Source: Candidatus Altimarinota bacterium
GTDB lineage: Bacteria; Patescibacteriota; Gracilibacteria; UBA1369; GCA-2718715
Direction: 5' to 3'
NCBI GenBank assembly: GCA_041242255.1
Contig: JBESAV010000001.1
Span: 755,631-819,630, forward strand
DNA length: 64,000 nucleotides
This document shows, one piece after another, positions 37,946-47,137 of the stretch. The translations under genes were made by a program, and so were the position numbers. Under the pieces are notes generated by a model. It was not told the origin of the DNA, searched no databases, and saw only the letters and a program-made list of their open reading frames with translations. Positions within the stretch are counted from its first letter, which is position 1; each line of letters opens with the position of its first letter.

Positions 37946-39613
37946 ATGGCAGTCTACGAAACCAGACCAAAATTAGAAAAGATGTGTAAAGAGGTTATTT
38001 TCAAACTTTATGAGTTTGTAGATATGGCTGACGACGCTTTACTTACAAGAAAAAGAGTAGAAAAAATTCGTAATAGAGTCACCAAAAAGTATGGCTTAAC
38101 CCCACCTAGAAACATTGAGTTAGTAAAAGCATACAACGAATTACTTGATGAAAAAATTATTGAACCAAACGAAACAATTCTTAACTTTATCGTAAAACGA
38201 AGAGTTAGAACACTTTCTGGTATAGCCAACATAACCGTAATGCTTAAAGCCTTTGGTTGTCCTGGACAGTGTATTTTTTGCCCTACTCAAGAAGGAATGC
38301 CCAAAAGTTACTTCTCAACACAACCAGCTATGCTGCGTGCCGTTAGAAACAATTTCGACGCATATTCTCAAGTCAAAGCCAGACTAAATGGCCTTAAAAC
38401 TCAAGGACACGACGTAACAAAAATAGATATTAGAACTGCAGGAGGTACCTGGAGCTCCTATCTACCTGAATACCAAGAACATTTCATCAAAAGTATTTAC
38501 TTTGCACTTAATGAAGGCCCAGGTGAACCACTACCCCTCGAAGAAGCTAATCAACTCATTGAAGAATCCACTTTAGAAGATTTGATTAAAGAAAATGAAA
38601 CTACCACATCCAAGTGTGTTGGCTTGTGGATAGAAACTCGCCCTGACTGGGTTACACATAAAGAGATAAAAAAACTAAGAAGATTCGGAGTAACAGGTAT
38701 AGAACTAGGTATCCAAACAACAGATGACAAAGTAAACGAATTTTGCAAACGAGGCCATGGCATGAAAGAGTCGGAATACGCTACTAAACTATCAAGAGAT
38801 GCAGGTCTAAAAGTCTGCCACCATCTCATGCCCAATCTTCCTACAGCAACAATTGAATCTGATATTCAAAGTATAAAAGATACTTTCCAAACCGATAAAC
38901 TACAACCTGACTATATTAAGATTTACCCTTGTATGGTGGTTCCAACCACGGAATTAGCTAAAATGTACGAAGAAGATAAATCAGTTCACACAGCCTACCC
39001 TGATGAAGAACTTATAAATCTTCTTATCAAATGTATGGAAATGACACCAGAATACTGTCGTATCATCAGAGTTTTACGAGATTTCCCATCAGAGCTAGTA
39101 CTTGAAGGAACCAAAAAACTAAACCTAAGGCAAATCATACACCAAAGAGGTGTTGATTGCAGATGTGTAAGATGTAGAGAAATCAAAGGACAAAAATTCG
39201 ACAACGACAAAGTTCAAATACGAGAAACCTGGTATAAAGCTAACCAAGGGGATGAAGTATTCATTCAAGCAGAAGAACCAGAAATAGATAAACTCATCGG
39301 ATTAGTCCGTTTACGCCTAGTTGAAGAGCAAAACAGCAGCACAGACATACCAGAGTTACTCGGGAAAACCGCTTTAATAAGGGAATTACACGTATATGGA
39401 CAACAAAAATCACTAAAGAAAAAGAGGGGAGAGGTACTTAAATCAAATTCACAACATCAAGGTTTTGGTAAAAGACTCATGCACCACGCTGAAAAAGTCG
39501 CAAAAGAAAAAGGATTTAATAAAATTGCAGTTATATCAGCAATAGGTACTAGAGAGTATTACAAAAAACTAGGATACCAACTTGAAGGAACTTACATGGT
39601 AAAAGCATTATAA
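37946..39613 (+). CDS. elp3: Elp3-family radical-SAM / GNAT tRNA U34 carboxymethyl-forming enzyme
   Basis: SGIANITVMLKAFGCPGQCIFCP radical-SAM cluster region. C-terminal GNAT QHQGFGKRLMHHAEKVAKEKGFNKIAVISAIGTREYYKKLGY; 555 aa. Confidence 0.85.
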   Translation: MAVYETRPKLEKMCKEVIFKLYEFVDMADDALLTRKRVEKIRNRVTKKYGLTPPRNIELVKAYNELLDEKIIEPNETILNFIVKRRVRTLSGIANITVMLKAFGCPGQCIFCPTQEGMPKSYFSTQPAMLRAVRNNFDAYSQVKARLNGLKTQGHDVTKIDIRTAGGTWSSYLPEYQEHFIKSIYFALNEGPGEPLPLEEANQLIEESTLEDLIKENETTTSKCVGLWIETRPDWVTHKEIKKLRRFGVTGIELGIQTTDDKVNEFCKRGHGMKESEYATKLSRDAGLKVCHHLMPNLPTATIESDIQSIKDTFQTDKLQPDYIKIYPCMVVPTTELAKMYEEDKSVHTAYPDEELINLLIKCMEMTPEYCRIIRVLRDFPSELVLEGTKKLNLRQIIHQRGVDCRCVRCREIKGQKFDNDKVQIRETWYKANQGDEVFIQAEEPEIDKLIGLVRLRLVEEQNSSTDIPELLGKTALIRELHVYGQQKSLKKKRGEVLKSNSQHQGFGKRLMHHAEKVAKEKGFNKIAVISAIGTREYYKKLGYQLEGTYMVKAL

Positions 39614-39843
39614 TGACAAACAATTTCGAAAAAATAAACAAACCAAAACCAAAAGAATTCCAAACTCAAAGTAAATTTCCATACAAAACGGTCGCAGTCA
39701 TAGGCGCAATAATTTCTTTTATTGCAGGCTTAGAGGAACCATCACCAAGAAGATATTTGTTTGAACAGATACAACAAATCAAAAATAATATTCTACAAGT
39801 CCAAGCAGAGGAGACCTCAATTTCCAACTCAAACCAAAACTAA
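39613..39843 (+). CDS. Hypothetical small protein with one TM helix
   Basis: 76-aa ORF. Its start overlaps the elp3 stop (TAATG). Confidence 0.3.
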   Translation: MTNNFEKINKPKPKEFQTQSKFPYKTVAVIGAIISFIAGLEEPSPRRYLFEQIQQIKNNILQVQAEETSISNSNQN

Positions 39844-39961
39844 CCCCTCACAATATACCTTGTACGGTATAAAGCGGTTTAAATTTATATAAACTAAATG
39901 ACCTGCTTTCTACAAGTCATCTAGCTATATAATAGAATCAGACTCCTTTACCAATATGCGC

Positions 39962-40711
39962 TTAAACTTCAACAGAATACTTAATTGTAGTTGAACCTTT
40001 TCTGCAACGCACTTTATCAATACTGATCTCACCAACCTCAGATGTGTTTTCTATATGAGTACCCCCACAACCAACTCCATACTCTTCATTACCTTCAAAA
40101 TAAACTTCTCTATATATTTTACCTTCTGGAGCTCCTTCAGTAACACCATCACTCTCAACGGCTATGATGGCTAAAGCTTCATTCTTAAGATCATTTAAAG
40201 CCTCGGAAATAACTTCAGCATAATCCATCTCATTTAAATCTATCACATCCTCAAACTTCAAGTAAGCTTTGCCTGGAACATGATCACCACGAGTTGCTCT
40301 ACTCAATCCTGGCACCTTACCTCTAGCTGCAACTAAATCGATCATGTGACCAACCGTATGATAATTAGACATCAAAATTCGTCTTTCCATATCCACCTCC
40401 ATTTCAACTTTTGAACCAACTTCAGGCAGTCTCATTCCATTCACAACATTAAAATAATGGTTAACCACACTTGTTTCTTTATCTAATTCGACCTTATTCA
40501 CTTCCAACTCTGTATTTCGCCCCATATCGTCCATAAACCTTATCCACCCCAGATCATAAGCTTGACCACCACCCTGCGGATAAAAAACTGTCTGATCGCA
40601 ATTTAAAGACCATAAATTTTCACTCCCTTCAACTTTTTCAATATTTGTAATTTCCGCCTCACATTTCGCTCGATATGTATCTTCTAAGTATAAAAGCCTA
40701 GTTGGTTTCAT
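39962..40711 (-). CDS. alaX: AlaX-type alanyl-tRNA editing protein
   Basis: HTVGHMI (H-x-x-x-H zinc motif) and GCGGTH (C-x-x-x-H) motifs of the Ala/Thr-tRNA synthetase second additional domain; 249 aa. Confidence 0.75.
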   Translation of the reverse strand: MKPTRLLYLEDTYRAKCEAEITNIEKVEGSENLWSLNCDQTVFYPQGGGQAYDLGWIRFMDDMGRNTELEVNKVELDKETSVVNHYFNVVNGMRLPEVGSKVEMEVDMERRILMSNYHTVGHMIDLVAARGKVPGLSRATRGDHVPGKAYLKFEDVIDLNEMDYAEVISEALNDLKNEALAIIAVESDGVTEGAPEGKIYREVYFEGNEEYGVGCGGTHIENTSEVGEISIDKVRCRKGSTTIKYSVEV

Positions 40712-40744
40712 AAAATTTTTGGTTACCTATATATAATTTAAACT

Positions 40745-41677
40745 TTAAGTTCTAAAAATCAATTTCCCTTCATGAATATGGAAAAAACATGACAGTGTAC
40801 ACCTTTCACCAGCCCCCGCTACCGCATGAATCTTATGAGCAGGAAAAACTCCCAAATCGCCAGGACATAATTGTAAAGAGTACGAACTAACTCCATCAAT
40901 CATATCAGGAGTGAACACATAATCCTTTTTCTTCTCAGGATCTAGATCGTCCTCACGAGTAGGTACTTTATCCCAGATTATAGTCCTTGATGGATCTTCA
41001 CCTGAACTCAAACAAAGAATAGCCGCATAAACATTATCAGCCTTAGCAATATCTAGTTCTGGAAAACGATTTGATATATCCAATAAATCCTCATGAGGCA
41101 GAGCTACAAACTTATTTTCACCCTCATCAACAGTTCCACCCCATCCCCACATCCTCAGGGAACCATACTTAACTTCATTACCTTTCTTATCAGAAAACCT
41201 CTCATATTGTAGACCTAATCGAGCAGCTACATTCTTTAAAAAATCTTCAATATAGTTATTACCCCGCAAAATCTCTGATAAGACCTCATTTGATTTTTTT
41301 AAGCCACTAAAATAATCCTCTTCAACCATCCCAGGCCTTGATGAATACAAATGAGAGCCAATACTATAAATCGGGGGATTTGGATCTACGATCTCTTTTT
41401 CCACCATTGGATGCTCGACAAAAGCCCGCACAATATTTTCTCGCTCTTCTTTACTTATATAGTCTTTCAAATGAATTGACTCAACATTTCCAAGAAATAC
41501 CTTATCGATCATTTGACCCGAAACACTATTCGATAAATAGACATCCTCCCCTAGCACAACCTCACTCCTCTTCCCCACAATCGACTGTATATCATCCAAC
41601 TTACCTGACTCCTCAACCATTAACTCAGGTAACATAGAATCATACAGATTCTGTAGTTCCAAAACATTTGTAGCCAT
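40745..41677 (-). CDS. Putative Fe(II)/2-oxoglutarate-dependent oxygenase-like protein
   Basis: H-x-D (LPHEDL), distal His (AHKIHAV) and R-x-T-x-S (ERCTLSCFF) in the order expected for the DSBH facial triad. The call rests on motifs only. Confidence 0.35.
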   Translation of the reverse strand: MATNVLELQNLYDSMLPELMVEESGKLDDIQSIVGKRSEVVLGEDVYLSNSVSGQMIDKVFLGNVESIHLKDYISKEERENIVRAFVEHPMVEKEIVDPNPPIYSIGSHLYSSRPGMVEEDYFSGLKKSNEVLSEILRGNNYIEDFLKNVAARLGLQYERFSDKKGNEVKYGSLRMWGWGGTVDEGENKFVALPHEDLLDISNRFPELDIAKADNVYAAILCLSSGEDPSRTIIWDKVPTREDDLDPEKKKDYVFTPDMIDGVSSYSLQLCPGDLGVFPAHKIHAVAGAGERCTLSCFFHIHEGKLIFRT

Positions 41678-41772
41678 ATAAACAAATTAAATTCCCACTT
41701 CTTTTAGAAGCTTGAACCTTGCAAACTTCCTACATAAAGCCTACATCTATTTACTTAACTAATATTTAAAAA

Positions 41773-43812
41773 TCAATAAACCACCTCCGCCTCATCATCA
41801 ACTAAAAACTTTCTCAAACCTACATATTCCTCTAAACCAGGATCAACCTCTAAAACTTTTTCTGCCGCCTCCCGAGCCTTGTGAACCAGCTCTTGATCAG
41901 ACAAAGAAGCCATCTTTAAATCAGGTATACCACTTTGCCTTACACCATAAACCTCACCTGGCCCTCTCAATTCCAAATCAATTTCAGCTAACTTAAAACC
42001 ATCCGTATAGTCCACCATTGCTTTCATACGCTTACGACAACTCTCCGAATTAGACTCAGGAAACAAGAAACAATAAGATTGATGCTCACCTCTACCTACT
42101 CGCCCTCTCAACTGATGCAGCTGAGCCAAACCAAACCTCTCCGAAGCCTCAATCACAATAATAGAGGCATTTGGAACATCTATACCAACCTCAATTACAG
42201 TAGTAGAAACCAATATATCCAACTCACCATCCGAAAACTTAGTCATCACCTCATCTTTCTCAGATTGCTTCATTTTCCCGTGCAATAAACCCAATCTTAA
42301 ATCTTTAAAAACATCACTCTGCAACCTTTCAAATTCAGAAACAGCCGACTTAACCTCCAAGGTCTCTGACTCTTCCACAAGCGGACACACAACATACACC
42401 TGCCTCCCCTGACGTACTTGCTCTTCTATCCAAAGATAAGCATCTTTCCTCTTAGAAGGAGGAACTCTTCTAGTTACTATCTCCTTACGACCAGCCGGCT
42501 TCTCATCGATAATTGAAAGATCTTGATCACCATATAAAGTCAAAGCCAAAGTTCTAGGAATTGGTGTCGCCGTCATACTCAGCATATGAGGAGACCCGAA
42601 ACTCCTTAAAACCGCCCTTTGATTAACTCCAAACCTATGCTGTTCATCTACAACTGCTATACCAAGATTCTTAAAACCAACCTTATCCTGCACTAATGCA
42701 TGAGTCCCCACAACAATATCAACCAACCCATTCTTCATGCCATTCACAACCTCTTCTTTCTGCTTCTTAGTCAAAGACCCAACCAATAGCTGAATATTGA
42801 AACCAAACTCTCCCAAAATTTTCAAAAAACCCTGGAAGTGCTGCTTAGCCAAAATCTCAGTTGGCACCATAATTGCCGCCTGATAACCAGATTTAACCGC
42901 CGCAAAAATAGCTCCTCCTGCCACAACTGTCTTACCAGAACCCACGTCACCTTCCAACAATCTAGACATCGACTGCCCCTTACTCATATCAGAAAGTATC
43001 TCGCTCAACGAACGCTTCTGCGCACCAGTTAAGTCAAAAGGCAATGACCCCAAGTACTCATCCAAAATATCTTTAGATACATCCACAACCTTACCAGAAT
43101 CTACACTCAACTTCTTAATCTCTTCTTTCCTAGCCAAAGCTCTTAACTGTATCTGAAACAACTCTTCAAACCCCAATCTTCCACGCGCCTCTAGCAACTC
43201 CTCGTGACTTTCCGGAAAATGAATCTGCCTGACCGCTTTAGCTAAACTTATCAGATTATGCTCCTCAATAATATCTTCAGGCAAAGGATCTTCTAAAAAC
43301 TGCGTCATATACATCAAAGGCCACAACTTCTCACGCAACCATTTCGAGCTAATCCTTCCACTCTCATGATAAACAGGTACAAGTCTTCCAGCATGCAAAA
43401 GCTCCTGACCTTTCTTAGGAATCTCATAAGTCGGGCTCATCATAACCGCTTTAGAACCACTCCATTTTATCTTACCAGTAAGAATAATCTCCATCCCATC
43501 TTTCAAAACTCGCTTTAAATAAGATTGGTTAAACCACATCACATCAGCAGTTCCTGTAGCATCTTTAATTCGACCCCTAGTCATACTTTTTCCATTTCTA
43601 GTCCGCGTCGTATATACATTCTCCAAAATCACCCTAACAGTAACTGAATCCTTAGTACTTAAGTCACATATCTTCCCAAAATCAGACTCATCACTATATC
43701 TCCACGGAAAATTCATCAACAAATCATATACACTTGAAATCCCCATTTCCCTCAAAGCTTTCAAGTAAGCACCATTCGTACGAATCACATCTTTAAGTGG
43801 CTTATTTAACAT
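41773..43812 (-). CDS. recG: ATP-dependent DNA helicase RecG
   Basis: Wedge/OB N-domain, GDVGSGKT, DEQHRFG, SMTATPIPRT and QLRGRVGRG motifs; 679 aa. Confidence 0.95.
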   Translation of the reverse strand: MLNKPLKDVIRTNGAYLKALREMGISSVYDLLMNFPWRYSDESDFGKICDLSTKDSVTVRVILENVYTTRTRNGKSMTRGRIKDATGTADVMWFNQSYLKRVLKDGMEIILTGKIKWSGSKAVMMSPTYEIPKKGQELLHAGRLVPVYHESGRISSKWLREKLWPLMYMTQFLEDPLPEDIIEEHNLISLAKAVRQIHFPESHEELLEARGRLGFEELFQIQLRALARKEEIKKLSVDSGKVVDVSKDILDEYLGSLPFDLTGAQKRSLSEILSDMSKGQSMSRLLEGDVGSGKTVVAGGAIFAAVKSGYQAAIMVPTEILAKQHFQGFLKILGEFGFNIQLLVGSLTKKQKEEVVNGMKNGLVDIVVGTHALVQDKVGFKNLGIAVVDEQHRFGVNQRAVLRSFGSPHMLSMTATPIPRTLALTLYGDQDLSIIDEKPAGRKEIVTRRVPPSKRKDAYLWIEEQVRQGRQVYVVCPLVEESETLEVKSAVSEFERLQSDVFKDLRLGLLHGKMKQSEKDEVMTKFSDGELDILVSTTVIEVGIDVPNASIIVIEASERFGLAQLHQLRGRVGRGEHQSYCFLFPESNSESCRKRMKAMVDYTDGFKLAEIDLELRGPGEVYGVRQSGIPDLKMASLSDQELVHKAREAAEKVLEVDPGLEEYVGLRKFLVDDEAEVVY

Positions 43813-43858
43813 TCAGAAACTTAAATCATAACTATATTACCAAATGGTGAGTGTACGC

Positions 43859-44653
43859 TCAAGCCAAAGAATCAGCTCTATCCCTGTACCTATCTATCAC
43901 CCTAAAAACCTCTTCCACCACATCCTGCTTATACTCAGCCATAGATTCAAATTCACCTGAATCCAACCCACAAAACTTAGCTTCAACAACCTCCACACCA
44001 TCTGGTACAAATACAAAATCATGATCCACAAATAACGCATAAAAATGATACTGCTTCCATTCCCACTCTTTCCTTGTACCATTCTCAAATTCATCAACTT
44101 TAACATCTCTACCAAAAGGGATCATCCGTCTAACACAACTCTCAACAGGAGTAATAGTATATCCTCCATGTACTGCCAACTCCTCTCTCAACTCTCGGCC
44201 CAAAGCATTTACTGCAGACTCAAGCTCACCCTCTTTATCAATCATTCCACCCTGAGGCAAACTCCAGTTCTCAGCAAAACCATTTGAAACAAGCAAAACC
44301 TCATTTAATGGGTTAAAAAGTATTGCAACCACGGTTGGTCTAGCTGCATTTGTAGTCTTTTCATAAGCCTTTCTAGCTTCATAATTATGAGACACATCAA
44401 TCATTAAATTATCCAACCTAAAAGCAGAATGCTCTTCTAAAAATGATTCAACCTCATCACCTAAATCACCAATAAATTTCTCACCATTAATCCTAATACT
44501 AAAACCACTTTCACCAACCTCTTCAAATTCCAAAAAACGTAAAACATTACCATCATCCACAAAATCAATATCACCCTGTTTACTGCTTAAATAGTCACCA
44601 AAAGTTTCATCCTTAATCCTCAAACTCTTTAAACCAATATTTTTTAATTTCAT
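43859..44653 (-). CDS. NUDIX-domain protein with N-terminal extension of unknown function
   Basis: Nudix-like box GGMIDKEGELESAVNALGRELREEL in the C-terminal half. About 110 aa at the N-terminus are unassigned. Confidence 0.55.
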   Translation of the reverse strand: MKLKNIGLKSLRIKDETFGDYLSSKQGDIDFVDDGNVLRFLEFEEVGESGFSIRINGEKFIGDLGDEVESFLEEHSAFRLDNLMIDVSHNYEARKAYEKTTNAARPTVVAILFNPLNEVLLVSNGFAENWSLPQGGMIDKEGELESAVNALGRELREELAVHGGYTITPVESCVRRMIPFGRDVKVDEFENGTRKEWEWKQYHFYALFVDHDFVFVPDGVEVVEAKFCGLDSGEFESMAEYKQDVVEEVFRVIDRYRDRADSLA

Positions 44654-44656
44654 CCT

Positions 44657-45115
44657 TTACTCAAATGTTAGATATCCCCCCAAGTCAAAAGCCCTATCCA
44701 TAAGCTCAGATTGCAAATCACTCTCCTCGTTCAACAAATTACCAAAACTAAAAAGAAACTCACTATCTTCACTTCTAGAAACATGAGGCAAATTACTCAA
44801 GTTAGCCTGAACCAAATCTCTTTCATGAACATTCAAAACAGCTACAACCTCACCTTCAGATATAAACTCTACTCTCTTAACAGTTCCGAACTGATTCGAC
44901 CCATCCAATTCAACAACCTCAGATTCATACCCCTCCATCGCATCTGGAAGCCTTAAACTAATATCATAGTCAGTATTCGTATACCAAACAGCTATCTCAC
45001 CATTATCGACAAACATACTAGTTTCGTCAGTCACTCCATCTGAACTTTCATCTGAAAACCAATTACAACCAGCTAAAGATACAATAACCAAACTTAATAA
45101 TAAAAACTTTTTCAT
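44657..45115 (-). CDS. Lipoprotein, unknown function
   Basis: Lipobox LSLVIVSLAGC; 152 aa. Confidence 0.5.
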   Translation of the reverse strand: MKKFLLLSLVIVSLAGCNWFSDESSDGVTDETSMFVDNGEIAVWYTNTDYDISLRLPDAMEGYESEVVELDGSNQFGTVKRVEFISEGEVVAVLNVHERDLVQANLSNLPHVSRSEDSEFLFSFGNLLNEESDLQSELMDRAFDLGGYLTFE

Positions 45116-45122
45116 AATAAAA

Positions 45123-47015
45123 TTATTTAATAATTACTTTTACAAATTTCCTCTTACCGACACGTAACACAAACTCTCCCTTTTCATCAAAAGAAAAATT
45201 CACATCCTTAACCTGCTCTTCATCCAACCTCACACCTCCTTGCTTTATCAACCTCCTAGCCTCACCACCGGACTTCACAAAATCATTCTCACGCATAAAA
45301 TCAATCAAACCACATCCCTTATCAACTTTCACTTCAGGCATATCCTCAGGCTCATCACCCTCTTGGAAAACTTTTACAAAGTGATCCCGAGCTCTATCAG
45401 CATCTTTCGCAGAATCATAAAGCTCAACAACCTTCCATGCTAATTCCATTTTCAGATCTCTAGGATTAACCTCAGGATCATCCAGCTGAACCTTAATACG
45501 ATTCAACTCCTCTCTTGAAACCATGGTAGACACAGAGTAATAAGTTAAAATCGCAGAATCAGGAATCGACATAATCTTTCCAAATTTATCTTCAGGCTTA
45601 TCATCAAAGGCAATAAAATTCCCTAAACTCTTCCCCATCTTCTGAGTTCCATCTGTCCCGACCAAAAGCTCCATCGCAATCAAGTCTTGCGGCCTCATAC
45701 CTTCATTCTCCATCAAAGGACGCGCCTGTAACTCATTAAAAGTCTGATCATTACCAATAACAGTTAAATCAGTTTTCAACACAACAGAATCATACCCTTG
45801 CAATAAAGGATAAACTAACTCATGCAGTCCAATCCCCTTACCATCCTCAATCCGCTTCTGAAACATATCTCTCTCCAACATACGAGCTACAGTTGTTTGC
45901 CCAAGCAATCTGATAAAATCATCTACACTCATTTCATCATACCAATCTCCATTATAAACAATCTCTATATTATTCTCAGTATCTAAAATCCTTGAAACCA
46001 TATTCAAGTATTCCTTAGCATTTTCTTTTACTTCCTCTTTGGTAAGTAGCTTTCTTGAATCAGACTTATCAGTCGGATCTCCAAGCCTAGCCGTAAAACT
46101 TCCAATCAAAAAGACAATAGTATGGCCCCTTTTCTGAAACTCCCTCATTTTTATATAATTCACCCCATGCCCGATATGCAACATTGAACCAGTAGGATCT
46201 ACACCATGTTTAATTCTTAACTTTTCTCCATCAATCAACCGTGCCATCAAATTATCCTTTACCAAAACATTTGCTACACCTCTCTCAAGCAGATCAGAAT
46301 AATCTTTATATCTATCCCTACGTGCAACTGCTTCTTCAGACAAATTCATTGCACCTTCTTGAGAGTTCTCATTTAAAACTTGATACTGAAAGTTATCAAA
46401 TTCAAAGAAATCACCTAAGTGACTTTCAAAATCTTTAATTAACTTAGCCACCTTATCAGCAGAGCCATTAAATTCAATTCTAAACAAAACATTCTTTGTG
46501 GTTTCTCTTATCTTTTGCTCATCTGACTGCTTACAAACCCATCCATTGCAAAGCACTTCATTTTCATCAGCAAAAACAACTCCATCTTCTAATTCAATGT
46601 ATTTATCTTTATTTAATTGTCTAAACTTATCTCCTTTTATAGCATTACGTAATTCCAATTTTTCCCCCAATCTATCCAGATCATAACCACCAAGACAGAT
46701 TAAATTTTCATATCCGAACAAATTATAAACATCAATTATTGGATTCCTTAAATACAAACTCTTCCCTCTAACAACTAGATCACCCAAAGACTCCAAAGAT
46801 GGCTTATCATTACTAAGTCCAAAAAGATCCATAGCTTTTTTATATTCTGAAATCTCTTTACTATTATCTCTTTTTCTAAAAGATTCTTCAGCTTTAAGAA
46901 ATTTTTCTTCTAATTCACTATCATCAACTTTCAATTTCATATTCTCCGCAACCACAAAAACGCTCTGTAAAGCCGGATGCTTCTGCAGTAACTCAGGAGA
47001 TAAATGTAATTTCAT
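45123..47015 (-). CDS. tyrS: Tyrosyl-tRNA synthetase with N-terminal B3/B4-like domain fusion
   Basis: Core has DPTGSMLHIGHGV (HIGH), KMGKSLGN (KMSKS) and a C-terminal S4 domain (ARRLIKQGGVRLD). The N-terminal ~215 aa carry PSLESL....NPIIDVYNL.....LCLGGYDLDRL....LR.A.KGDKF..L, as in COG3382 B3/B4 proteins. Confidence 0.9.
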   Translation of the reverse strand: MKLHLSPELLQKHPALQSVFVVAENMKLKVDDSELEEKFLKAEESFRKRDNSKEISEYKKAMDLFGLSNDKPSLESLGDLVVRGKSLYLRNPIIDVYNLFGYENLICLGGYDLDRLGEKLELRNAIKGDKFRQLNKDKYIELEDGVVFADENEVLCNGWVCKQSDEQKIRETTKNVLFRIEFNGSADKVAKLIKDFESHLGDFFEFDNFQYQVLNENSQEGAMNLSEEAVARRDRYKDYSDLLERGVANVLVKDNLMARLIDGEKLRIKHGVDPTGSMLHIGHGVNYIKMREFQKRGHTIVFLIGSFTARLGDPTDKSDSRKLLTKEEVKENAKEYLNMVSRILDTENNIEIVYNGDWYDEMSVDDFIRLLGQTTVARMLERDMFQKRIEDGKGIGLHELVYPLLQGYDSVVLKTDLTVIGNDQTFNELQARPLMENEGMRPQDLIAMELLVGTDGTQKMGKSLGNFIAFDDKPEDKFGKIMSIPDSAILTYYSVSTMVSREELNRIKVQLDDPEVNPRDLKMELAWKVVELYDSAKDADRARDHFVKVFQEGDEPEDMPEVKVDKGCGLIDFMRENDFVKSGGEARRLIKQGGVRLDEEQVKDVNFSFDEKGEFVLRVGKRKFVKVIIK

Positions 47016-47137
47016 ATAAATACTTAAACTTACTAGACATAACTTACCTTAAAAAACCTAAAATATGAAGACATCTACAACTGAAATAGATTGTAAAAAA
47101 GGCAATTTTCTCCTAAATTAAACCTATAAAAAAACTG

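Noticed and set aside
47016-47137. T-box leader or other riboswitch upstream of tyrS (also checked at 61543-61632 upstream of glyQS)
   Set aside because: The spacers are only 122 and 90 nt, too short for a T-box (normally over 180 nt). They lack the conserved T-box sequence, specifier-loop architecture and terminator/antiterminator pair.
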